Positions 11,336 to 40,851 of a stretch of DNA of 64,000 nt are shown here, one piece after another. A program made the translations under genes and the position numbers. The notes under the pieces were generated by a model. That model had not been told where the DNA came from and did no database searches. It saw nothing but the letters and a program-made list of their open reading frames with translations. Source of the DNA: Salpingoeca rosetta (taxonomy: Eukaryota; Protista; Choanoflagellata); contig JAWQFM010000005.1 of assembly GCA_033442325.1 (NCBI GenBank), forward strand, positions 365,707 through 429,706, in the 5' to 3' direction. The stretch's first letter is position 1. The number at the start of each line of letters is the position of its first letter.

Positions 11336-14206
11336 CTACACATCTCTCACGCCTCGGTGCTGTGTAGACACATCATGTTCGCGACCGACAAAACCCAAGG
11401 CAAGTTGAGCGAGGTTCATGACGGTGGCGTTGTGAAATTGGCTCAGAGCCGCCGTGCTGACCGCAAACACAAGCGCGTGGATGTCCTCTGGACTCGGCAT
11501 TGGGCCGTGCCGTGCGTGTGCCTTGGGTGTCTGGGTGGCGAGGTTGTTGAGGTTGTTGACATGGGGCAGGAGGCCCAGCAGCACATGCAATCCCGCCTCC
11601 TGAACACCTGCGTCTGCGATATGCGCACGCAGTGCGTTTAGAACTGCCATCGCCAGTGTGCAGCACCAACCACCGCCAACGAGGGCGTCCCCGACAACGC
11701 CACCTGTCCCCGCCAGCCAGCCGCTCTTGTCCTGGGTGCGTGTAGTGCTCGCGCTGCGTGAGAAAGGCATTGAGATGATTGAGGCGAGGCAGTCGCACGC
11801 ATCGATCACCACATCTGCGGCGTCACCGTGGTGCTGAAGCGCTTCCTCGAGCACCTCCAATGCGCCTGCCTTGAGTGCATCTGCAACGGTGTCACTGCCA
11901 ATCAAGGTGCGCACAATGTGACACCCGCTGCGCTGGATCTGAGCGTCACCCGCGTGCGTCTGCATTGCGGTAATCACCGCAGTTTGCCAGATGTTGTACC
12001 GCGTTTGTGCATCGTCTACGGCATCCCCGTGGTGGTGTCGTTGGTGACGCTGTTGCTGGTGCTGTTGTTGCTGGTGCTGTTGTTGCTGGTGGTGGTGGTG
12101 GTGGTGGTTTGCAAGTGCTTGCAACACACAACATGCGTGCTGTTGGAGTGCCTCATCGCCTTGGTGCTCCCACATGGCTGCCAGCACAGGTGTGGGGACA
12201 TCTTTCAGCATGAGCTGCCATGTCTGGAGTCGCCGCTGCTGTCGCTGCGGAAGCCGTGAAGCTGTAGTACTTTGGGTGCTTTCTCCACCTCGGCCTCCTC
12301 GCCCTCCTCGTGGTTCATCATCTTCTGTCCTCTGCTCCTCCTCTGACTCGCCACCACGCTCAGCAATCACGGCCATGTGCGTAACGGCGTGACGGAGAAG
12401 CAGGCACGCGCCACGCTGCAGCTCGAGCATGTGTGGGTGCTTATTCATGGCACTGATGATGGCCTTGATCCTGCCAGGTTGGGTTACGATTGATCTTGCA
12501 ATCACTGGTGAGCTGGAGGTGATACACGTGACGGCTGCCGCGATGGCGCCGGTAGCTGCCTCCCCAGAGTCCACGTGTTTCGCCACACCGTCGAGGATGG
12601 TGCCGAGGCAGCTGCTTAGCGTCCGATACAGCTCCTCATTATTCTTGGTCGTGTGTGTAACTTGATCATCTTCGTACATGTGGAACGCGGTAGGAACTGC
12701 GGGCTGGTCGTAACGACGGTCGCCATCAGCATCGTCGCTGTCATGATCGCTGTCATCGTCACCATGCACATAACTGCCATCGTCACCATCATCAGCACCA
12801 TCGCTTTCATCGCCATCATCGCTCTCTTCGTCATCAGCGTCATCGCCCTGGCCATGCCAACGGATTCGGACTGTGCCATGCGCGTTCTTGCCGAGCCCGC
12901 TGTCAGTGGGTGGCATCGAACAATCGTTCGAGGCGTGTTGGTGTGTGCGGCGGCGTGATACGCTGCTCTGTAGGTGCTGGTGTGGGCGTGCCGGGTGTTG
13001 CTGGTGCTCGCGTGACCTTGCTACCTTGTCTCCGCCCATGATTCTCAATGATGAAGGTTGTCGGCAGAGAGCAGGCGTGGATCGTGTTCGCGGCAGAATG
13101 TGGGATGGTGCCAGCAGTGACAGTTCAGCCCGCCCCTGCTGCTGCTGGTGGTGCTGCTGGTGCTGGCCGTGTTGTTGTTGTTGGTCGTGTTGTTGGTGTT
13201 GGTCGTGTTGTTGGCCGTGTTGCTGGTGCTGGTGCTGCTGGTGCTGGTGTTGGTGCTGGTGTTGGTGGTGTTGTAGGTGTTGGTGCTGCCAGCCTCCCGT
13301 CTTGCCAGGCATGGACACGGTTGAGTATTGTCCAAACGAGGTGGCAATGCCTGCCGAGTTGAGGGAGGGTGTCCAGGGCTCGGACATGGCATCGCTCACA
13401 CTGTCATCAGCGATCTCGTCGTCGTGTTCCTGGCGATTGTACAAGGGTTGACCAGGGTCAAGTTCGTGGTGATGCGTACCGAGGAACCCAAATAGCAGCG
13501 TCTCCAGTGGCGGTGGCGGCGTGGTGACGGCGTGGGCACGCCGCCGCCTCCTTCGGTTGCACAGGTGTGGTGCTTGCGTGTGGGCTGGCAGCGGTGATGT
13601 TTGATGTAGGTGGTGCTGCTGATGGGGCACGCGGCTGGGTGGTGCGGGTGAGGCTGTTGGGGAAGTCTGGGAAGGGGACTGCAGCATGTCCGAGGAACGC
13701 CGACGTTCCGCTGCTATGGCAAACGACTGCTGAATTTGAGGAAGGCTGCTGACAAGTTCCAGGACGCTGTGAGCCACGTGCAGCGGAGGTCGTGCCGTGA
13801 AGGCTCTGGCGCGTGCGAGTGTTGGGGGCGCCCTCTCAGCGATCCAGGTGCACGCGTGGTTGTCGCAGTGCGAAAGGAGGACGCAGGTGGCCGCGTAGTC
13901 GAAGGTTGTGCACATGCGCACGAGAAGCATGGGCTTGTTGCACTGAATGATGCAGTGGAGCTCATCGCGGGTACCAAAGGACCCTTCCCTTCCACGGCCG
14001 CCGTACTTGCTCGTCGCGAGAACGATTGCAAAGTCCACTGAAGAGATGAGGTTCTCCATGCTGTGCCTGATGGCGGCCTGCTTTCGCCGCGCCGCTGGCG
14101 GGCTCATGAACACAACACAGTTCAGCACGCTGTCTTGCAGCCACCGCTGCAGTGCGTGCGCCTCATGCCTGGCTTGCGATTCCTCAAAGGAGACGTAAGC
14201 GAACAT
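11336..14206 (-). CDS. Intronless protein of about 956 aa: N-terminal TIR domain, long His/Gln/Asp-rich disordered linker, C-terminal armadillo-like repeats
   Basis: N-terminus MFAYVSF...ALQRWLQ...VFMS...VDFAIVLATSKYG...GTRDELHCI...KPMLLVRM follows the TIR beta/alpha pattern. C-terminal repeats IISAMNKH..LQRGACLLL, VLAAMWEH..LQQHACCVLQAL, VITAMQTH..IQRSGCHIV, LEEALQHH..VVIDACDCL and VLNALRAH..VQEAGLHVL resemble LRRK2-type ARM repeats. Confidence 0.75.
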   Translation of the reverse strand: MFAYVSFEESQARHEAHALQRWLQDSVLNCVVFMSPPAARRKQAAIRHSMENLISSVDFAIVLATSKYGGRGREGSFGTRDELHCIIQCNKPMLLVRMCTTFDYAATCVLLSHCDNHACTWIAERAPPTLARARAFTARPPLHVAHSVLELVSSLPQIQQSFAIAAERRRSSDMLQSPSQTSPTASPAPPSRVPHQQHHLHQTSPLPAHTQAPHLCNRRRRRRAHAVTTPPPPLETLLFGFLGTHHHELDPGQPLYNRQEHDDEIADDSVSDAMSEPWTPSLNSAGIATSFGQYSTVSMPGKTGGWQHQHLQHHQHQHQHQHQQHQHQQHGQQHDQHQQHDQQQQHGQHQQHHQQQQGRAELSLLAPSHILPRTRSTPALCRQPSSLRIMGGDKVARSREHQQHPARPHQHLQSSVSRRRTHQHASNDCSMPPTDSGLGKNAHGTVRIRWHGQGDDADDEESDDGDESDGADDGDDGSYVHGDDDSDHDSDDADGDRRYDQPAVPTAFHMYEDDQVTHTTKNNEELYRTLSSCLGTILDGVAKHVDSGEAATGAIAAAVTCITSSSPVIARSIVTQPGRIKAIISAMNKHPHMLELQRGACLLLRHAVTHMAVIAERGGESEEEQRTEDDEPRGGRGGRGGESTQSTTASRLPQRQQRRLQTWQLMLKDVPTPVLAAMWEHQGDEALQQHACCVLQALANHHHHHHQQQQHQQQQHQQQRHQRHHHGDAVDDAQTRYNIWQTAVITAMQTHAGDAQIQRSGCHIVRTLIGSDTVADALKAGALEVLEEALQHHGDAADVVIDACDCLASIISMPFSRSASTTRTQDKSGWLAGTGGVVGDALVGGGWCCTLAMAVLNALRAHIADAGVQEAGLHVLLGLLPHVNNLNNLATQTPKAHARHGPMPSPEDIHALVFAVSTAALSQFHNATVMNLAQLALGFVGREHDVSTQHRGVRDV

Positions 14207-14503
14207 GGCTTGGCAAGCAGCAAGAGAGGAGGGAGGGATCTGCCTCTGCGCGGGGAGCACACGCGCGCCGAACCACTCTAGCCGGGACCCGAAGTGAAGC
14301 GTGTACGTATGTGTACTCACAGGTGCACCTGCGTTGGTCGATGGGAGGGGGACAACAAAGAACCAAGCCGAAAGGCAACGCAACAAGGCAGCCGACGTAC
14401 GGGCACATGAAATGACATGACAGGCTGTTCGGGTCACGTCGTGCGCAAGATGCCGCGATTCATGATGACACAAAGAAGGGGAAGAGGCGTCGGCGTTTTG
14501 GCT

Positions 14504-14549
<46 letters not shown>

Positions 14550-14723
14550 TGTGACATGACACTGATTTCACGTTTGGCTCGTGTTTTGGTGTTGCAGCCA
14601 CATTGCAACTCACGTTTGTATGAAAATGAACATGAAAATGATACGACTCGCTGGCTGGCGTTTATTGTTTAAATTTTTATTGGGCTTTTTTATTTTTTCG
14701 ACGTGTCGAAAACACGTTCAAAC

Positions 14724-15722
14724 ATGTGTGGAAGGACTGCCTGGTGGGTTCGGAAGTGTGTGTGCGGATATGAACGAGGCGCGAGAGAGTGGCTGAGCGA
14801 GGAGATGGGAAAGTGGAGTCGGAGGTGCTTGCTGGTGGAGCTTTATTGGCTGGATAGCTGGCTAGCTGGCTAGCTGGCTAGATAGCTCACGCACACACAC
14901 GTACATGCACACACACACGCACACATGCACACATGCATGCACACACGCACATACATGCACACACGCACATACACACACGCACATCGCTATGACAGTACGC
15001 TTGCACCATCCACGGTGGAGGCCGCATGCCGCAACCTGCCAGTCAAGGGTGTAAAGACCACAGGGGATACGGACCGCTATCGCCAATCACACAACACAAC
15101 ACCCCATCAAACCACGTCAGTCAGTCAGTGTGTGTGTGTGTGTATGTCTGTTTCTCATCAACAACCATCCACTGACATGCTACCTCGCACACACACATTC
15201 ACACACGCACACATTCACTCACGCATTCACTCACGCACACGCATTCACACAATTTAGGCCGGTGCTGGTGAAGCAGGGCGACGAGCTGGTTGTGCATTAC
15301 ATGCGGTGGGGCTTGGTGCCATCGTGGCACAAGGGCACTGCCAAGGACTTTAAGATGAACATGGTGAACGCGCGAAAAGAAGGCTTGGGCAACATCAGCT
15401 CCTTTCGCAAGCCGCTGGAACACGGCCAGCGCTGCGTCGTCATCGCAGAAGGGTGCGTGTGTACATGTGTGTGCGTGTGTACATGTGTGTGTGTGTGTAC
15501 ATGTGTGTGTGTGTGCGTCTATACATGTGTCGCCCTGTTGTTCCTCAAGCCGTGCGGCTCACGTGCTTGTTCATGGATCACCAATAGATTCTACGAGTGG
15601 CAGCACACTGAGGATGGAAAGAAGCAGCCTTACTACGTGTTCTTCTCATCCGACACAGCTACGCCGCCAGCACTCGGTATGGGCAATACGTTGTGTGTGC
15701 GTGTACGTGTGTGTGTGTTGTG

Positions 15723-15769
<47 letters not shown>

Positions 15770-16690
15770 CGTGTAGATCCTTAGATCCTTCTTGACACAT
15801 GTTTGAACACTCGTGCCCAATCAAGTCGGCACACTCCTTACAATTCGCCCCCCCTCCCCTTCTCGTGCTTACAGCGGTCAAAGCGGAGGAAGGAAAGCCG
15901 GACGCAAGCAGCACCGCCACCATCAGCGGTCGTGCGCCCGAAACAGCAACATCGCGCACACTTGGGGGGAAGCAGCAGAGGCCGCTGCTCGCCTTTGCGG
16001 CGTTGTACGACGTGCACCAGCCGCCACGCAAGAAACAGCAGCCGCAGCAGCCGCAGCAGCCGCAGCTGGGGAGGAAGATGATGACGCTACATGGCGCGGT
16101 GAAGAAGGAAGAGGAAGAGGACGGGGAGGAGGGACATGGGGAGAAGAAGGGTAGTGGTGTTGGTGCTGGTGGTCGTGTGAAGGAGGAAGTGGGAGGTGGC
16201 CACGCGCACGCTTCATCGCCGCCGAGTGAGCTGCGTGAGGAAAAGCCGCTGTACACCTACAGCATCATCACAGTGCCTGCAAGCAACGACCTGCGCTGGC
16301 TGCACGACCGCATGCCTGCCGTGTTGCCCACGCAGGAGGCCATGATGGCGTGGCTGGACACCAAGTCCACCCCTCTCCTAAAGGCCTTGCAGCTGCTTGT
16401 TCCATATGAGGGCCTTCAGTACTACCCAGTCTCCAGCAAGGTGCTTGTATGCGCTTGCGTGTGCTTGCGTGTGCATATGTGTGTGTGTGCATGGCTGTAG
16501 AGTGTTGGGTCTCTCCCCCCCCCCTCTCTCTCTCTGTGCAACCAGTGCTCATCTCGTTTGCGTGTGATTGCATCATGGCGTCTTCAGGTCGGCAACATCC
16601 GCAACACGGGCGAGGAGTGCAGGCGCCGCATCCAACTCGTGGACAAAACAAAACCAAAACAGAACGCCCTCACGGTATTGTACTTGTGTG

Positions 16691-16725
<35 letters not shown>

Positions 16726-17179
16726 GTTTGTGTTTTTGTGTGTGTGTGTGTGTGTTTGTGTTCGTGCGCGCGATGACGCGATGATGTGATGATGTGATGA
16801 TGTGATGATGCGAGGTTCATGTATCACACGCACACACATACACACACACGCACACCATACATACATACACACGCACACACGCACACGCACGCACACATTG
16901 CAGCGGTGGTTGGTGCCAAGGAAGAAAGAAGCGAAGAAGAGCAAAGAACCAAAGCGGGCAACCAGTGGCCATGATGGTGACAATCATGATGATGATGGCG
17001 CTGATGCCCACGTGCATCTTTCCAAAGCAGCGAAGCTTGGCCACAAACCACCACCGCCGCCACCACCAATGACGACGACGACAGCAGCAGCAGCAGCAGC
17101 AGCAACGGCTGCATCAAGCACAAGCAAGACCGGTGACGATGATGATGACGACGACGATGCAGTTGTCATCATTGACTGA
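14724..17179 (+). CDS. HMCES: Abasic-site-protecting SRAP-domain protein HMCES
   Basis: A 20-nt first exon (14724-14743) joins exon 2 to give MCGRTAC, which carries the catalytic Cys2. Other motifs: MRWGLVPSW, NARKEG, RCVVIAEGFYEW, YSIITV, LHDRMPAVL, PVSSKVGNIRN. Confidence 0.95.
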
Positions 17180-17397
17180 TTGGCGCAATTTCTATGACGT
17201 GCCGAAAGACGTTTTGAATGTTGAAACACATACACACAAGTACACACACGTCCACATCCACACATATCCACCCATATCCGCATGAGCCCGCTTTGAATGT
17301 TGTTTTATTGTCCTGTCCTAATCGAATCAAATTGAAGAGTTGAATGCAAGTACGAGCCAGCAACACACACACACACAGAGGAAACTATGATGAACGT

Positions 17398-20598
<3,201 letters not shown>

Positions 20599-20874
20599 CC
20601 CGCCTCCAGGCCGTGAGCAGAGAGCGAAGAAGAAGGAGGAGAAGGGGAAGACTCAAGGCAGCCACCGACCAACCAACCAACCAAGCCACCGACCAACCAA
20701 GCCACCAAGCAAGCAAGTACACCGAACTGCCACCACACCCAAGCCAGCGGGTTGTCTTTGTCCGTCTCCGTGTCCACCGAGCACCAACGAAGCCACAATT
20801 GAATTGCTGCTGAGCTGTTGTTGTGCTGCTGTTTGTTTGTGTTTGGTGCTGACAACAACAGCAGAGGACACACG

Positions 20875-29392
<8,518 letters not shown>

Positions 29393-29839
29393 ACACACAC
29401 ACACAGTGCATGGAATGTAGATGGCTGTTTCCGTTGTGCTTTCTAGCTTGGTGTGTCAACAGGGGTTTCTCCATGATGTCACACGTTACGCATGCACGTG
29501 CATGTCAGTGATGTCAGTGATGTTGTGGTTGGTGATGGGCGGAGCTCGAAATGCTGCGTGGCGCTGTTTTTTTTCCGTATCATTCGCTCGATAAAGTCAC
29601 ATGGAAAGCAGTTCTACTTGTGCAAATTGACAACAAACAACAAGCGCAGCAGGCATGATGAACAGGCAGGCAATCGACGGGAGCGCATTAACGCACGCGC
29701 ACAGCAGTTACGATGCCAGACAGAATGTGAAACGAGAAGGGAAGAGGGAAGCAACAAGGCGGATGTCAGGCCAATGTGTCGACAGAATCACGCACACACA
29801 CGCACACACACACATACGCACACAACAACAACAGTGAAA

Positions 29840-33653
<3,814 letters not shown>

Positions 33654-34107
33654 GCTTGCTGCCTCTGTGCTGTTCAAGCACGACGGACTGACAGAACGCC
33701 CAAAACACAGTCCCAAACACAAGTAAACGCAAATGAAGCGAAAAGAAACAAGGCTCCAAGCGCTGTGCTGTTTCTATGCTGTTTCTGTGCTGTTTCTATG
33801 CTGTTTCTGTGTTGTTTCTGTTGCTGTTGCTGTGCTGTTGCAAGCGAGCCGGCGGGCTGGCTGGCTGGCACGTCGTACACGCAAGCAAACAAGTCGTGGT
33901 GGGAGCGAGGAGGGAGGAGGCGGGGTGTGTTTGTTTGGTTTGGTTGGTCTGGTTTGATGGTTGGCTGTTGAGGTTTTGCTCGAGCGACGTCCGTTTGCGA
34001 TGAAAATTCGCGTACGATTTCAACCATTATTCCGTAAGCATGTTCCATTTTGTGGTGTCGCGTTTTCATTTTCATCAGGCTTGTGGTGTGGTTGTTTGTG
34101 TTTTCCG

Positions 34108-34195
34108 TGAGTCAACAGCACCCACCCCGCACGTCCTTCCTTGCTTCCTTGCTTGCCTGTCTCCTTGCTTGTTGTTGGATTGTTGTTGTGACTCA
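34108..34195. promoter_or_regulatory. Two consensus AP-1/TRE sites between PKC and the bZIP gene (TGAGTCA 34108-34114; TGACTCA 34189-34195)
   Basis: Both sit in an identical context, GTGASTCAACAG. Function is inferred only. Confidence 0.45.
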
Positions 34196-34549
34196 ACAGG
34201 ACACACACGAGCCTCGTGACCTTGCAGCACCCCCAGTTTGCACTGTCGCAAACGGTTGTGTCGTATCAAAAGGACACCAGCAGGTGTTTTCGTTTCGCTT
34301 TCCTCTTCTTTGTGTGTGACCACGCCTTTGTTGTTGTCCACAAAACAAGCGAGGGCACTTGCCTGTCCGACTGTCCGATTAATACTGTCGTCGTTGAGTG
34401 TTTCTTTGTTGTTGTGTTGTGCCGTTGTTATTGTTGTTGCTGCTGCTGCTGTTGTGTTGAGTGTTTCTTTGTTGTCGTTGTTATCGTCATCGTCATTGAC
34501 TGTTGTGGTCTTCCTCAACGATCGTTACCATCGCCACTCTGCCGCCACA

Positions 34550-35784
34550 ATGGACTGGTCAGAGTCGCTGCGAGACCTTGAAGTCTTCAGCAATAACAAA
34601 CCAGAGGAGCTCACCGTCACCCTTGAAGTTCAGGTGCGTGCGTGTGTGTTTACACCTCGCAGGTCGTGGTCTTAACCTGTTTTCTTGCCACTTCCCCGTG
34701 TCTCTTCCTCCGTTACTCACTTTCTCCCTCTGTCATTCCCTCTGTCACACCCTCTGTCACACCCTTATCTGTCCCTCCCCCCTCCTCCGTTTTACTTGGG
34801 TCGCTGAGTGCAGGACCCGAGCGCAGCGCAGGACTTTATGGCGCTGCTGGATGGCGATGCCCTTCGCAGCGCTTCACAGACGCCGCCAAACGACGGCGAT
34901 CCGTCCCACCCTGGCGCCAACTCAGACCTCATCACACTCCCCATGGCAGAGTTTGGCGGGCCAGCCTCAGCCACAGCGCCAGCAACGTCATTGGCAGAGC
35001 AAGCAGCAGGCCTCTCGTCAGCATCAGCAGCAAGCAGTGACGCCAGACCGGCAGGTGAGGGCGCGAACGGGACATCCGCGCCCACGTTTGCAACGCCAAC
35101 ACCATCGCCGTCGTCGTCCTCATCGTCGGCAACAACAGCAGCGTCCATGGCAACCGTGCTGCCGACGCTCTCCCATCCATACCACCACCACCACCAGCAG
35201 CAGCAGGACGACACGTCATCTGGGGGTGAGGAGCCCGCACGCAAGCGCTCAAAGGACGATGTGCCGTTGACAGACGAAGAGAAGAAGAGGCGCCGGCGCG
35301 AAAAGTAAACACGCATGCTTTGTGTCTGTGTGTGTGTGTGTGTGTGTGTCTGCCTGTGTCTCTGCTCTGCGGCTGTATCTCTGCGGCTGCGTCTGCTTGC
35401 TCTCGAACAACTGCCCATGCCTCGTGTGCCTCCCTTCCTTCCGTCCAATACCTCACCTCACCTCAACCCCCCCCCTCCCGCTTCATCGCCTCCCCCACCT
35501 ATCAAACCAGAAACCGGATAGCAGCACAGCGGTGCCGGCAGCGCCGCCTGGATCGCATCCGCACGCTGGAGGCCGCGTCCGAGGAACAGAAACGCATCAA
35601 CGACTCTCTTCGCGCGCGCATTGCTGAGCTCAACACAAAGGTCGCCACCCTGCAGGCATCCCTCCAGAAGCACAATTGCAAGCTGAAGGGGGATGATGGT
35701 GGTGGTGATGGTGATGATGGTGTGGATGAGAAGAGGAGTGGGGGTGATAGACAACGAGCAGCGAAGCAGAATGAGAAGAGCTAG
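34550..35784 (+). CDS. bZIP transcription factor, Fos/ATF3-like
   Basis: Three exons. Basic region EEKKRRRREK/NRIAAQRCRQRR, leucine zipper LEAASEEQKRINDSLRARIAELNTKVATL and a terminal LQKHNC (His-x-Cys, as in Fos/ATF3/ATF2-type zippers). Confidence 0.88.
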
Positions 35785-36463
35785 GCGCGTTGGCCCATGC
35801 ATGTGCGTGCATGTGTGTGCGTGCGTGTGCGCACTTTCGTGTGTCGTGTTATGTTACCCCTTTTTTGTTTTTGTTGTGGTTGTCATCATAGCGCATTGGT
35901 TACTGCGCCCTCCCAGTTGATGTGAAGGAGCGAGTGTGGAGCCGTGTCACTTTAACTTACCTGGTATTCGCGTTGGTGTTTTGCGAGCGTGCACGTTTGT
36001 ACATATATATGAAAACCCGCACGCGTGCTTGTTACATTCCTTTTGTCGTGGTGATGATTTTGTTTTGCTGCGGCTGTTTGTGTGATAGCTGCACGTGCCT
36101 CTGTGCGTCCAATGTTTGCTGTTGACGCTGCTCATTGTGCGTCTTGTGGATGTTGTGGATGTTGTGTTTGTGCACAGCCCTGTGGTGCTGCTTTCTGTCC
36201 AAGTGTTGCGTGTTTGCGGATATAGCCGAGCCACGCCTTCTCTTTGCTCTCCTTCTCCCCTCTGCTTGTGTTACCCATTTTTTCTTCAATTCAGCCTTGC
36301 GTTGACACCGCGCGCGCTTTTGGAGTGTCGCACGACTCAACTCGGCATTCACATGCTGCGTGAACGCGTGCTATTGACATGTGTTGACATGTGCATATGT
36401 TTGCATGTGTGGACATTTGATATGAGTCCGTGTGGGCACATGCCACATGCTTCCCTTGTGGGT

Positions 36464-36497
<34 letters not shown>

Positions 36498-36871
36498 GTA
36501 TTGGCCCCCTCTTCCTCTTCCCCTATTCTTTCTTCGCTCTCCCTTCTTCTTCCCCTTTCATGCAGCATTCGCTTATCCAATGAACAGTGAACTGGACACG
36601 TCATGTGTGTGTGTGTGTGTGTGTGTTGGGGGGGGGGGGCAAGAAAGGAGGGACACTTGCTGTGTTGGCGAGAGCCGCATGCATTCATGCATTCACGCAT
36701 TTACGCAGGAGAAAGCAACGGACAGGCGACGCAATGGGGAGGTATGGACAATAAAAACACAAATCAAAACAGGGAAGCATAAGCCATGGATGAGATGGTG
36801 GCGGCGCTACGTGGGATGGTTTGGTACTGCTGGTGATGGTGGTGGCGGTGATGACTATGATGCCAGAAGAA

Positions 36872-37993
36872 TCATCTCTTCTCCACACGGCGCAGCTGCT
36901 TCTTGCTCATCCTCTTCAGCGTTCGCGCGCTCGTGATCTGCAGTGAGTGGTTGTGAGAGAGAGTGTGTGTGTGTGTGATTGTGAGAGAGTGTGTGTACGT
37001 GAGTGAGTGAGTGAATGAGTGTGTGTGAGTGAGTGTGTGTGAGCGTGGTTACAAGAGTGCCACTGCTGCATCACTGATGCGGTAGTGTGCAGCACAATGC
37101 ATGTTGATGCTAAGATCGTGGCCATGGAAGTGAATCTGCACCACGTTTCAATGCAATGCGAGTACGCAGCACCTTCTGGACGATTTCGGCCTTGCGCTCG
37201 TTCTCCAATCGGCGGCGAATGCTCTCTTTTCTCTTCTCCTTGCGCTCCTGCATTTGAAGACATGGTGTGTGCGTGTGTATGTGCGTTTGTGTGTGTGTAC
37301 GTGTGTGTGTGTGTGTGTGTTTGTACGTGTGTACGTGTGTGTGTGTGTGTTTGTATGTGTGTACGTGTGTGTGAGTGAGCGAGTGTGCATGTTGTTGGGT
37401 GTGGGGTCAGGTAAAAGATGGTTGGAAAGTAGAGAGTGCTGGAGTGTACCGAGTCACCATGATTGACGTGCATGCAAGTAGACGACATCACACCCACGCG
37501 CGCGCAGTCACACACACGCACATGCACACATGTGTACACACACACACACACGCACATGCACACATATGCACCAGCGCACCTTTTCCTTGCGCTGTGTTTC
37601 TTCTTTGATCAACTCGTGCTGCAGCTTGGCGGCCTTCTGCTCCTCGCGCTCCTTCATCTTCCGGGTCCAGGCCTTCTTCTTCTTCTTGATCATGGCAGAG
37701 GATCGCTGACCCTCCACGGGCTTCCAAAACCGGCCCGACTTTGGCCGTCCGCGAGGCACGGCGCTTCTGTCGCCAGGCGCCTTGCCTTCGTCTTCATCCG
37801 CTGCCGACTGCGCGTGCGTGGTGCCCTCCTTCTTCGAAGACGCATCTTGTTGTTCCTGCTGTTGCTCCTGCTCCTGCTCTTGCTGTTGCTCCTGCACCTG
37901 CTGTTGCTGTTGTTCTTGTTGCTGCTGCTGTTCCACCTCTTCTTGTGCCTGCTGCGCCTCCATGGTGCGCCTGCGCCGTGTCATCACCGCCAT
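36872..37993 (-). CDS. CCDC86: Coiled-coil domain-containing protein 86 (Cgr1 family, nucleolar)
   Basis: PRGRPKSGRFWK, AWTRKMKERE, RRLENERKAEIVQK and ITSARTLKRMSKKQLRRVEKR*. Confidence 0.88.
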
Positions 37994-38249
37994 CTCCGCT
38001 GTTGCCTCGCGTCTGTCAACAACAACACGTGCAGTTGGGACAATTACTGAATGACTTGTGTCAATTTTCTGCATTACTGTGCTCTGGCTGGCGGGCGGTG
38101 GTCCTTCCACAACACAAGACGAGCAAGCAAGAAGCAGACAACGCTGCGCTGCTGGCAAACAAAGCAACACCACCTTCCCCCTTCCCCCTTCCCCCTTCCC
38201 CCGAGTACCCCCAAGTACCGTGCCACCAGCGCCGCTTTGGTTCTTGAAG

Positions 38250-40435
<2,186 letters not shown>

Positions 40436-40778
40436 CGCGTGTGTAACTCTCTCATCACTCGCTCATCAAGAATCGCACCAGGGGCAGTAGGTGTGTTGTG
40501 GAACATGAGTGCACGCGCATGCACGGCTGTCATGATCAGCTTTTCGTGCCAGGTGGGCACCCACTCCCTCACACACGTGTTGCTTGCTTGGTGTCGACAC
40601 TAAAGGATCGTGTAGTTGTTTATTGCCATGAAGCAGACACAAGAGAAGCAAGCAAAGTCGATTCACATAATAAACGAAACTGAGTGAGAAGTGAGAATGG
40701 GTGGTCATCTAACAAAAGGAGTTTGCCATCAAGCAACACACAAACAACGCAGGGGAAGTGCAAGGGACTGTGCCACTG

Positions 40779-40825
<47 letters not shown>

Positions 40826-40851
40826 TACACACACGCAGAGGTGTGCAGGTG

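Noticed and set aside
14207-14608. N-terminal extension of the 1090-aa ORF
   Set aside because: It includes a (CA)n tract and promoter sequence; the TIR domain starts right at Met 14206.
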